The position numbers and the translations under genes were made by a program. The notes beneath the pieces were generated by a model. That model had not been told where the DNA came from, did not search any database, and was given only the letters and a program-made list of their open reading frames with translations. 64,000 nt of DNA from Nitrospirota bacterium (GTDB taxonomy: Bacteria; Nitrospirota; UBA9217), in contig CAWIYV010000011.1 of the NCBI GenBank assembly GCA_963840455.1, positions 288,001 through 352,000 on the forward strand. The letters are read 5' to 3'. Position 1 is the first letter of the stretch, and each line of letters starts with the position of its first letter. Positions 10,373 to 18,720 of this stretch are shown here, one piece after another.

Positions 10373-10822
10373 ATGCGCCTATCACAGGAATCCATCGAAG
10401 CGATCTCGAAGCAGGCCGTCGCTGAGTATCCCTCCGAGTGCTGCGGCATCGTGACCGGCACCGCGGCAACGCAACGCGTCCACCCCTGCAAGAACAGGCA
10501 GGACGAGCTCCACGCGAAAGACCCGGAGCACCATCCGCGCACCAGCCGCGAGGCCTACGACATCGACCGGAAGGAGATGGAGCGGGTCTTCGCGGACGCG
10601 GCAGCGGCAGGCGAACAAATCCTCTGCTTCTACCACTCGCACATCGACTGCGGCGCTTATTTTTCCCAGATGGACAAGGACGTATTGACGGTCTTCGGCG
10701 AGCCGGAGCATCCGGAGGCGGTGCATGTGGTGGTCTCGGTGCAGGACCGGCACGTGAAGGAGATCGCAGGATACCGCTGGGACGGCGCGACACAGAACTT
10801 TGTGATCCTGTCGGTCGCCTAA
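10373..10822 (+). CDS. JAMM/MPN+ (Mov34, Mec+-like) metalloprotease
   Basis: YPSECCG ... FYHSHIDCGAYFSQMD matches E...HxHx7Sx2D. Confidence 0.9.
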   Translation: MRLSQESIEAISKQAVAEYPSECCGIVTGTAATQRVHPCKNRQDELHAKDPEHHPRTSREAYDIDRKEMERVFADAAAAGEQILCFYHSHIDCGAYFSQMDKDVLTVFGEPEHPEAVHVVVSVQDRHVKEIAGYRWDGATQNFVILSVA

Positions 10823-10849
10823 GACTAAGGCAGGAATTTCCATAACGTT

Positions 10850-10932
10850 GTCATTGCGAGCGACCGAAGAGGAGTGCGGCAATCTCGCCGCAAAACAAGA
10901 GATTGCTTCGTCGCTGCGCTCCTTGCAATGCC
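10850..10932. repeat. GTCATTGCGAG...GCAATG-type palindromic element (REP/RPE-like)
   Basis: GTCATTGCGAG...GCAATCTC / GAGATTGC...TTGCAATG fold-back. Confidence 0.75.
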
Positions 10933-11052
10933 ATAAGAGTAAGTGTGTTTGTCATCGGATTTCCCCGCACGCCGCCCCCCGTTTCGGTGTCAGCCTTCCG
11001 CCTGCCTCAGTCCTCTTCCCCGGCGACCGCAGCATGATCCGCATCCAAGATG

Positions 11053-11103
11053 TTGAAGATCCCTGCAGCAGGCTGCGGGGAATGCGCTCGCTCCTGGATT
11101 CAA
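11053..11103 (+). mobile_element. Module M4 short copy (IS200/IS605-end-like miniature element)
   Basis: TTGAAGATCCCTGCAGCAGGCTGCGGGGAATGCGCTCGCTCCTGGATTCAA; homologous to 38385, 48774, 49750, 59597/60161. Confidence 0.7.
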
Positions 11104-11210
11104 CGATGATCATGCGGAGCGCGTGCCGCGCCTTGTCCTGCACAGTATGGGCCAAATGCGCTATACTTTGTGCAGAGGAGGTCGATCGACGCTCCGGAAA
11201 TGTGCATGCG

Positions 11211-11819
11211 ATGAAGACATCCATCAACATCGTCCTCGTTGATTTCGGCGGCGTGCTTGCTGAAGAGGGGTTCCGGGAGGGGCTCCGGGAGATCGCGAAG
11301 CAGAACGGCCTCGATCCTGACCGGTTCTACGCCGACGCGGACCGCATCATCGCCGAGACCGGCTACCTGACCGGCCAAGCAAGCGAGGGAGACTTCTGGG
11401 CCGCCGTCAGGGACCAGACCGGGATCAAGGGAGCCGACAGTGACCTGCGGAGCGAGATCGTCCGGCGGTTCGTGCTCCATCCCTTCATGCTCGCATGGGT
11501 GGATCACGTGCGCGACAGCGGCCGCTTCGTTGCCATCCTGAGCGACCAGACGAATTGGCTCGACGAGATCGACGAGAAAACAGACCTGTACAGCCACTTC
11601 GACGCGGTGTTCAACTCCTTCCATGTCCACAAGAGCAAGCGCGACGCGTCGCTGTTCCGCGACGTCTGCTCGGCGCTCGGCGAGGCGCCCGCATGCGTCC
11701 TGTTCATCGACGACAACCGGCAGCACATCGACCGGGCTTCCGGCGCAGGACTCAAGACCCTCCTGTACACGAACCAGGAGGATTTTGAGCGTAAGATCGC
11801 CCAGTCTGTTGTCCCCTAG
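11211..11819 (+). CDS. HAD-family phosphatase
   Basis: LVDFGGVL, ILSDQ, KSK, FIDDN; likely start MKTSINI. Confidence 0.88.
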   Translation: MKTSINIVLVDFGGVLAEEGFREGLREIAKQNGLDPDRFYADADRIIAETGYLTGQASEGDFWAAVRDQTGIKGADSDLRSEIVRRFVLHPFMLAWVDHVRDSGRFVAILSDQTNWLDEIDEKTDLYSHFDAVFNSFHVHKSKRDASLFRDVCSALGEAPACVLFIDDNRQHIDRASGAGLKTLLYTNQEDFERKIAQSVVP

Positions 11820-11836
11820 CCTCAGCCAGGCGCTGG

Positions 11837-11871
11837 AAAAAAAAGACCCGGACGGAATTTCCGCCCGGGTC
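11837..11871 (-). terminator. Intrinsic terminator
   Basis: GACCCGGGCGG/CCGTCCGGGTC hairpin followed by a U-tract on the minus strand. Confidence 0.75.
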
Positions 11872-11897
11872 GCAGCATGAACGCGGTGAACCGCGGG

Positions 11898-12272
11898 CTA
11901 CAGGACCTTCTTCATCTCATTGCCGCAGGCGCACTTGCCCGGGTTCTGGCTGATCGTTCCGCAGTTGCAGTCCCCGCTGCAGGCGCATGCATACTTGCCC
12001 TTGGTCGGAAAAGCCCGTTCCTTGTCCCACCCGGCGGCCTTCAGCATCGCCGCATCACCCTCGACCTTGACCACCGTTGCCTTCACCATCTTGTTGCCGC
12101 AAGTGCAGTTGGTCTCGGTCTTCGACATCGTCTTGCAGGCGCATTTCTCGCCGCAATTGCAGGCATAGACCGAGTCCCCCGCTTTCAGGTCCATCTTGCT
12201 CTTGTCAGCAGCGAAGATCAGACCCGCCGCGGCAAGGGACAACACCACCATGATGATGACCGTTCTTTTCAT
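11898..12272 (-). CDS. Secreted Cys-rich protein with two YACxCxxxCxC...CxCG repeats
   Basis: Signal peptide, 12 Cys in two repeats, RBS GAGGAGG. Confidence 0.8.
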   Translation of the reverse strand: MKRTVIIMVVLSLAAAGLIFAADKSKMDLKAGDSVYACNCGEKCACKTMSKTETNCTCGNKMVKATVVKVEGDAAMLKAAGWDKERAFPTKGKYACACSGDCNCGTISQNPGKCACGNEMKKVL

Positions 12273-12396
12273 ACCTTCCTCCTCGAGTGGATGAATTGTC
12301 GATGCAATGAGGCCGCATCGTTCTCTAAATATAGCAGGCAGTAACTCACCTGTAAAGGTCCGGCAAGGATTTCCGTTGCCACGCTGCGGTCACGAC

Positions 12397-13308
12397 CTAC
12401 CGCAGGATCTCGTACATGTCCTCGAAGGCGGCCTTCATGGCATTATCATAGGTAACGATCGATCCACCATGCTCCTTGATGAACCGTTCAGCGGCCTTCC
12501 GGTCGCCGAAGGCCCACTTGCCCCGGATGGACATGACGCCCATCCGATCCCCTCCCAGCACCCAGAAGGCCGCTTCTGCATCGATCAGGACCCGGGTGTC
12601 ATAATCGCCCACCAGGGAAGCCGACACGCCTTTATGCGGGTTCAGGGCCAGATCGATGCCCGTGCAGTGGATGCTGCAGGTCGGCACTGCCGTGCCGTCG
12701 TCGTAGCGGATCAGCATCCTGCTGAAACCGAACTTCTCCCGATCCATGCCGCAGTACTTGCATTCCCGATGCTCTTTGCGGTCGTCGACGGCCGGGCCCG
12801 CAGGGGTCCGGGCCGCCTCCGGCCTCTGCCGGCGAGAGCGCTCACGGACCATCTTGATGTCAGAATACATATCCTCGAACGTTGCCTTCATGGCTGCATC
12901 GTAGGTCGCCAGGCTGCCGCCGTGGTCCCTGATGAATGACTCAGCATCTGTTTTCTTCTGGAAGGACCATTTGGCACGCTGCGTCATGACGCCGCTGCGG
13001 TCCCCTCCGATCACCCAGACAGCGCTCTTAGCGGGGATCAACTGCCTGCCGGCATGATCAGCGACAAAGACCTCGCGAACGCGCTTGTGCCTGTTCACGG
13101 CAAGGTCCGCGCCGGTGCAGTGGATGCTGCAGGTCCCCACCGGACCCTCTTGATAGTCGATCAGCATCCTGCTGTGGGCATACTGCTGCCGATCCATCCC
13201 GCAGATGGGGCAGGCCGGATGGCTTTGGATGTCCTCGATGACTGCTGCGGGACCGGCCCCGATGAGCAAACAACCAGCAAGAGCTATACATACGACAGCG
13301 GTTCTCAA
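12397..13308 (-). CDS. Tandem NosL-like copper-binding protein
   Basis: Signal peptide, two CxxCGM...CSIHC domains with MxxR and FxxxxxAxxF(x)xxHGG; TTG start after AGGAGG. Confidence 0.82.
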   Translation of the reverse strand: MRTAVVCIALAGCLLIGAGPAAVIEDIQSHPACPICGMDRQQYAHSRMLIDYQEGPVGTCSIHCTGADLAVNRHKRVREVFVADHAGRQLIPAKSAVWVIGGDRSGVMTQRAKWSFQKKTDAESFIRDHGGSLATYDAAMKATFEDMYSDIKMVRERSRRQRPEAARTPAGPAVDDRKEHRECKYCGMDREKFGFSRMLIRYDDGTAVPTCSIHCTGIDLALNPHKGVSASLVGDYDTRVLIDAEAAFWVLGGDRMGVMSIRGKWAFGDRKAAERFIKEHGGSIVTYDNAMKAAFEDMYEILR

Positions 13309-13402
13309 CAGATCCTCCTGTGCCGGTGATCGAGCATCCTTGTGGTTCGTAGGGAGCCTTCCCGTGTTACGCTTCCGCTCGACAACAAGCCTTCCGGTGA
13401 CA

Positions 13403-14035
13403 TCATCCGATCTTCATGATGATCGCATCAAGCGGTTTTCTCGGACGCGCCTGCGGGTGCTCGTCGGGCACGCCAATCGGCAACAGCGCCGCAATGAACT
13501 TCTCCTTGCCATAGCCCAGCAGTTTCTCGAACGCCTCCTGCGCCACGAGCGGGCCGGTCATCCAGCACGAGCCGTAGCCGAGAGCGTGTATGGCAAGCAG
13601 CATGTGCTCGATCGCGGCGGCGACGCTCTGGAGTCCGGGGAGAGGCCGCAGCCGCTTAATGTCCTCGGCCGGATAGCCCATCCTGGCGAGCAGCTTGTCC
13701 GTTCCTGCGTCGTAGCCTTCCATGAACACCGCGATAACGACCGGCGCGTTCTCGAAGAAGGTGTAGTAGGTTCCTTTGTACGCCGCGAGTCGCTGCGCCT
13801 GCTTCTCGTCCTCGGCATAAGGAATCATCCGGTCGACCATCTCCCGCACGGCCGCGGCCATCTTCTTCAAGGTCTCTTTATCTTTGATGACGAGGAAGCT
13901 CCAGGGCTGGGTGTTGTTCGCTGACGGCGCGAGCCTCCCCGCTTCAAGGATCTTCCGGATGTCCTCGTCCGGCACCGGCGCCTGCTTGAACCGGCGGATG
14001 CTTGTGCGTCCGTTGATCGCGTCAAAGAGGTCCAT
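13403..14035 (-). CDS. Nitroreductase family protein
   Basis: RTSIRRF, APSANNTQPW, GYGSCW, RPRKPL. Confidence 0.92.
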   Translation of the reverse strand: MDLFDAINGRTSIRRFKQAPVPDEDIRKILEAGRLAPSANNTQPWSFLVIKDKETLKKMAAAVREMVDRMIPYAEDEKQAQRLAAYKGTYYTFFENAPVVIAVFMEGYDAGTDKLLARMGYPAEDIKRLRPLPGLQSVAAAIEHMLLAIHALGYGSCWMTGPLVAQEAFEKLLGYGKEKFIAALLPIGVPDEHPQARPRKPLDAIIMKIG

Positions 14036-14043
14036 GGCCTTCT

Positions 14044-14445
14044 CTACTTCGCCTCGTCCTTGCCGTTTCCCTTCGCCTTTGCCTTCGATCGTTCGTACAG
14101 GCCGTTCAGGTCCTCAAGGGACTTATCCATGTTCTTCTTCGCCTTTTCCCATGTTTCGTTCGAGGACTTCCTGAGCTCATTCAGGCTGCCCTTGGCCTCC
14201 CCCTGCTGCTTCTTGAACTCCTCGTAGAGCTTGTTCAGCTCGGCCTGCGTCTTTCCCTCGGCCTTCTTGGCCTCCGACGAGAGCTCATTCATCTTCTTGT
14301 CCAGCTCCGTCAGTCTCTTTTCCGCCGCCTTTTCTTCCTCCTGCCGCTGCGTGGCAGCCGCCGGTGTCTCCGCCTTGACCGTCGCGAGGGAAAATACTGC
14401 CAGCACTGCAGTGCAAATAATCGCCATACCGAATTTTCCTAACAT
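14044..14445 (-). CDS. Secreted coiled-coil hypothetical protein
   Basis: Signal peptide; K/E-rich helical body. Confidence 0.75.
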   Translation of the reverse strand: MLGKFGMAIICTAVLAVFSLATVKAETPAAATQRQEEEKAAEKRLTELDKKMNELSSEAKKAEGKTQAELNKLYEEFKKQQGEAKGSLNELRKSSNETWEKAKKNMDKSLEDLNGLYERSKAKAKGNGKDEAK

Positions 14446-14966
14446 TGGTCGTACCTCTCTTTCTTTCCACTCAATACATTATATTAATGCACGCCTATTG
14501 ATTCCAGTGCTCCGTGAAGTTGTGTTCTTCCTGTTCTCGTGTCGTCAAGAATTTTCTATTATACAAATATGCAAAGTTCACCTACTAGAGTGGAATGGAC
14601 GATTCATCAACAGACGTGCATTATTCTGGTTCTAGTTTACACATCAATGTGACAGCTGAGACATGGACCTCAGCCCCTCGATTTAGAACGACAAGTTATT
14701 TCTTCGTAATTATTCCTTATTGAAATTGATGGTGGCGACGGTAATTTAATAGTTTGTCCAACCCCTCCATCTTCCGTGATTCTTTTTTCGAGATATTTCG
14801 ACATACCCCAAATAACTACCCCGAAAATGCTGGATGTTGTAAAACACTATTGCATGGCATAAGACCTAGTTGGACTAATCCGGTCTTCGTAGCACATCGC
14901 ACATCTATCCTCTACGTTTATTAAATATCGTTGGAAAGTCTTTATGATCTTCAGCAATAGGTTACC

Positions 14967-15683
14967 TTATCTGGCAACCTTGAGTTTCTCGGCGAAGTAT
15001 ACGGGCAACCCGCTCATCACAATCGCCTGTGATGCTTTCTCCACATCATAAGGGACACGCAGAAATTCAACCTTTACCGTCTCGGCGGTTATATCCATCA
15101 AGGCAACACAGGCCCTCGGATCGCCGTCTTTCGGCTTGCCAACACTCCCCGCATTGATGAAGATTTTCCCGCCTTGGTCCCTACGGTAGGGCTTATGCGT
15201 ATGGCCGTAGATGAGAATGTCGGCATTGACTTTTTCGGCCATTTCATGGAAGAACTTCTCCGGCCGGTTCTCAAACCAATAGAGGTTGTTCTTTCGCGGC
15301 GTCGCATGAAAGAGCGCTATTTTTTTACCATGAATCGCTAAGAGGATCTCGGGCGGAAGGTTTCCCAAAAACTCCTTTGTTTTCTTCGTAGCATGTGCCT
15401 TTGTCCAGGCGAATGACAGGTTCGCCATCTCTTCCTGCACAGGGTCTTCGGCCTTACACCCGCAATGCTCGCGGTCATGCGCTACAGTCTCGTCGTAGTT
15501 TCCCTGTACGCCTTCAATAGTATGCTCTATCATGAATTCGACGACCTCGTTCACAAAGGGCGAATACCCGCCCAGATCGCCGAGGTGGTAGATTTTCTCC
15601 GAACCCGCAACCTGCGCCGCAGCATAAGCCGCGTTCAGGGCCTCGATATTTCCGTGTATGTCACCGAATACGGCGAACTTCAT
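14967..15683 (-). CDS. Calcineurin-like metallophosphoesterase (CGC-containing subfamily)
   Basis: GDIHGN, LGDL, GNYD, HCGC, GHTH, NAGSVGKPKDGDPRA. Confidence 0.9.
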   Translation of the reverse strand: MKFAVFGDIHGNIEALNAAYAAAQVAGSEKIYHLGDLGGYSPFVNEVVEFMIEHTIEGVQGNYDETVAHDREHCGCKAEDPVQEEMANLSFAWTKAHATKKTKEFLGNLPPEILLAIHGKKIALFHATPRKNNLYWFENRPEKFFHEMAEKVNADILIYGHTHKPYRRDQGGKIFINAGSVGKPKDGDPRACVALMDITAETVKVEFLRVPYDVEKASQAIVMSGLPVYFAEKLKVAR

Positions 15684-15771
15684 CTGATTACCTCAAGAAA
15701 CTTGGTCTGACGAACTGCATCAGAATAGTTGCCCTTGAGCGAGAACATGACGATGGTAGATAATATCGTGT

Positions 15772-16470
15772 TCACTCCTCATCGCTGAAACTGTATCCGA
15801 CGCCGCGGACGGTCCGGATATAATTGACGGCGCCTGCCTGTTCCAGTTCCGCCCTGAGCCTCCGGATATGCACATCCACGGTCCGTGATTCGATGAACGC
15901 ATCTCCCTTCCAGACGGCACCAAGGATCTGGTCGCGGCTGAAGACCTTGCCTTTCCGCTCCATCAGGAAGCGGAGCAAACGGAACTCAGTGGGCGAGAGC
16001 TCCACGACCTGCTCCCCGGCCTTGACGCGGTGGCGCTCTAGGTCAACCTCGATGCCGCCGGCGCGGAGCACCTTCCTGCCGGTCATGGCGCCCTCCACGC
16101 GGCGGAGCACGCTCTTGACCCGGGCCACGAGCTCACGGACGCTGAAGGGCTTCGTGATGTAGTCGTCGGCGCCCGTCTCAAGGCCCATCACCTTGTCCAT
16201 CTCTTCGGACCGCGCGGTCAGCATGATGATGGGGATGTGGGCGGTCTCGGGATCGTTCTTGAAGATGCGGCAGAGCTCCATGCCCGAGAGCCCGGGCAAC
16301 ATGAGGTCCAGCAGAATCAGCTGGTAGGGCCGCTCGCGCACCATGCGGAGCGCCGCATCTCCGGTCTGGGCCTCTTCGACCCAAAAACCTTCCTTCTTGA
16401 GGTTGTAGGTGACGAGCTGCAGGATGTCCTGCTCGTCGTCCACGACCAGGATGCGCTGTTTCGGCTCCAT
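15772..16470 (-). CDS. phoB: PhoB-like OmpR-family response regulator
   Basis: VVDDE, LLDLMLP, GADDYITKPF, SPTEFRLL, SRTVDVHIRRLR; divergent from a Pho-box array. Confidence 0.8.
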   Translation of the reverse strand: MEPKQRILVVDDEQDILQLVTYNLKKEGFWVEEAQTGDAALRMVRERPYQLILLDLMLPGLSGMELCRIFKNDPETAHIPIIMLTARSEEMDKVMGLETGADDYITKPFSVRELVARVKSVLRRVEGAMTGRKVLRAGGIEVDLERHRVKAGEQVVELSPTEFRLLRFLMERKGKVFSRDQILGAVWKGDAFIESRTVDVHIRRLRAELEQAGAVNYIRTVRGVGYSFSDEE

Positions 16471-16530
16471 GGGAGGATAGTACGGGAAATTTTTCACCGG
16501 GGCAAGTGGAAATCCCTCTCACCCTCACAC

Positions 16531-16584
16531 TTCATCAGTCTGTCACATCCCTGTAACGGAACGGCAACAATTGGCTGGTATGGT
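16531..16584 (+). promoter_or_regulatory. Pho-box array plus -10 (psiE promoter)
   Basis: TTCAT/GTCAC/GTAAC/GCAAC at 16531, 16542, 16553, 16564 (11-bp period); TATGGT 15 bp after the start of the last unit. Confidence 0.8.
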
Positions 16585-16615
16585 AACGCTCAATAGCGTG
16601 GGGAACAGCTTTACC

Positions 16616-17038
16616 ATGAACACCTTCAACAAATTTATCGACATCCTGATCAAGTGCATGATCCCCCTGGTCATCATGGCCCTGCTCTTGGGCATTGCCC
16701 GGGTGGTCCTCGACCTGCGCGTGGTCTTTGCCAGCCCCACGGTCGCTGTGGGATTCGACCTCCTGATCACGAACATCCTGTCCCTTTTTGTGGTCATCGA
16801 GCTTCTGAAGAGCGTTCTAGATTACTTCGAGAATCACCGGATCAAGCTGACCTTCATCACCGACGCGGCGCTGGTCTTCGTCCTGCGGGAGATTATGATC
16901 GGCCTCTTCCAGCACGCCATGGAGGCCCGCGAGGTGCTTGCGCTGGCGGCGCTCATCTTGGTGATTGGCGGCGTCCGGACCCTGGCGGTCCTGTTCTCAC
17001 CTGACCGGCACGAGCCGGCGGAACGGAGCGCGCCATGA
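16616..17038 (+). CDS. psiE: Phosphate-starvation-inducible PsiE family membrane protein
   Basis: 4 TM segments; ILSLFVVIELLK, ITDAALVFVLREI. Confidence 0.85.
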   Translation: MNTFNKFIDILIKCMIPLVIMALLLGIARVVLDLRVVFASPTVAVGFDLLITNILSLFVVIELLKSVLDYFENHRIKLTFITDAALVFVLREIMIGLFQHAMEAREVLALAALILVIGGVRTLAVLFSPDRHEPAERSAP

Positions 17039-17127
17039 ACCGGAAGTTGGTCGACACGGTCGAACGGATCGCGCTCACTCTCAGCCTGATAGGTGGCGTC
17101 CTGATCATCGTCTATCACTGGCTGTGA
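17035..17127 (+). CDS. 30-aa single-TM micro-protein
   Basis: MNRKLVDTVERIALTLSLIGGVLIIVYHWL; ATGA overlap with the psiE stop. Confidence 0.6.
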   Translation: MNRKLVDTVERIALTLSLIGGVLIIVYHWL

Positions 17128-17172
17128 TCGCCGCGGTCAGGCGCATTCATTCATACTCCCGGGAGGTATCCC

Positions 17173-17304
17173 ATGCTGCTCCTGATCACGACTGTCTGTG
17201 TTGTGGTGCTCGCCGCGGCGCTGGCCGTTCGCGCACCAAGCACCTTCCTCTTCGACCTCATCAATGACAGCCTCTGCCATGAGATCACGGAATCCCGGCG
17301 CTAA
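17173..17304 (+). CDS. 43-aa single-TM micro-protein
   Basis: MLLLITTVCVVVLAAALAVRAPSTFLFDLINDSLCHEITESRR; GGAGG RBS; overlaps the GH1 start. Confidence 0.55.
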   Translation: MLLLITTVCVVVLAAALAVRAPSTFLFDLINDSLCHEITESRR

Positions 17305-18550
17305 CTGCCCTCGGTTCCCGCCCGGCTTTCAATGGGGCGTGGCTACCTCCGCGTTTCAGCTCGAGGGCTCGCCCCACGCCGACTGGACCGGATGGGATGA
17401 CGCCCTGCGAACCCATCCTGGCGTGACGAACCACTACGAGCTGTACAGAGACGACCTTCGTCTCTTGAAGGACCTGGGCGTGAACGCGTACCGTTTCTCG
17501 ATCGAGTGGAGCAGGATCCAGCCTCGCAAGGACACCTGGGACGAGGCAGCCATCCTCCATTATCAGGAGATCGTGGACATCATCCGCGGCTATGGCATCG
17601 AGCCGATGGTCACGCTCCATCACTTCACCCACCCCCGCTGGTTCCTCGAGCAGCATCCCTGGCATAAGAATTCGAGCAGGGAAAAGTTCTTGCGCTTCGT
17701 TGAGAAGATCGCGTCGTCGATCACTGGCGTCCGGGACTGGATCACTTTTAACGAGCCCTATGTGATCCTGTTGGGCGGCTACCTGGAAGGTTGCACGCCG
17801 CCGGGGATCCGGGACGTCAAGCTCTCCATGATGGCCCTGCGAAACATTTTCATCAGCCATGGCAAGGCCTACGACATCATTCGTGCCCATGTCCCCGGCG
17901 CCCGCGTCAGCATCGCCCACAACATGTCGGTCTTCGCGCCTTGGAAGCGATGGAATCCCCTGGACCGGCTGCTTTCCCGAACAGCAAAATATTTCTACAA
18001 TCACTCCATCATCGACGCGTTCCGGACCGGGACCTTCGTAATCAAGTTCCCTTTTTCCCGTCCCCTGACGATCGAGCTCCCCATCAAGGGAAAGCTGGAC
18101 TTTTTCGGCGTAAACTACTATACCCGGATCCACCTCCGGTTCAATCCCTTCAGGAAGATGGGCGTCGAGCTCAGGAATCGCGATCTCGATGGCAGGGGTC
18201 TGACCAATATGGGATGGGAGATCCATCCGCGGGGGTTGGCCCGCGTCCTGCGGTACGCCGCGCGCCTCAACGTGCCGCTCGTGATCACTGAGAATGGGAT
18301 CGCTACACATGACAGCCAGTTGAAAACCCGCTACCTCCGCGAACACGTGGACGTGATCGAAGAGTGCCTGCGCAACGGCCTCGATATACGGGGCTACTTC
18401 TACTGGACACTGATCGACAACTACGAATGGCTTCACGGCCTCGACGCGCGGTTCGGGCTTTACCGTGTGGACTTCGAGACGCTTCGACGCGCCCCCACTT
18501 CGGCGGCTACCTACTACACCTATCTCATCGAAAGCCGTTCAGAATTGTAA
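17279..18550 (+). CDS. Glycoside hydrolase family 1 (beta-glycosidase)
   Basis: FQWGVATSAFQLEG, YRFSIEWSRI, catalytic TFNEP and ITENG, DNYEW, RFGL. Confidence 0.93.
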   Translation: MRSRNPGANCPRFPPGFQWGVATSAFQLEGSPHADWTGWDDALRTHPGVTNHYELYRDDLRLLKDLGVNAYRFSIEWSRIQPRKDTWDEAAILHYQEIVDIIRGYGIEPMVTLHHFTHPRWFLEQHPWHKNSSREKFLRFVEKIASSITGVRDWITFNEPYVILLGGYLEGCTPPGIRDVKLSMMALRNIFISHGKAYDIIRAHVPGARVSIAHNMSVFAPWKRWNPLDRLLSRTAKYFYNHSIIDAFRTGTFVIKFPFSRPLTIELPIKGKLDFFGVNYYTRIHLRFNPFRKMGVELRNRDLDGRGLTNMGWEIHPRGLARVLRYAARLNVPLVITENGIATHDSQLKTRYLREHVDVIEECLRNGLDIRGYFYWTLIDNYEWLHGLDARFGLYRVDFETLRRAPTSAATYYTYLIESRSEL

Positions 18551-18600
18551 CGTTTTATTTATCTACCTGTTATATTCCTGTAACAAAGCTAAGGTATCAT
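18547..18600 (+). promoter_or_regulatory. Pho-box array plus -10 (glycosyltransferase promoter)
   Basis: GTAAC/TTTAT/GTTAT/GTAAC at 18547, 18558, 18569, 18580; TATCAT at 18595. Confidence 0.78.
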
Positions 18601-18720
18601 GCCGCCCATGAACAACCGTATGACAAACCTTCCGACAGCACCCGAGGACGCTGCGCCGCATGACGGCAATGAGAACGCGGGTGGCATGCTTCTAACCAAT
18701 CAACGCTCAAGGAGGATACT

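Noticed and set aside
14044-14445. Paralogy with the secreted protein at 23951-24220 (LNxLxERxKAK)
   Set aside because: The match is short and within low-complexity K/E-rich sequence
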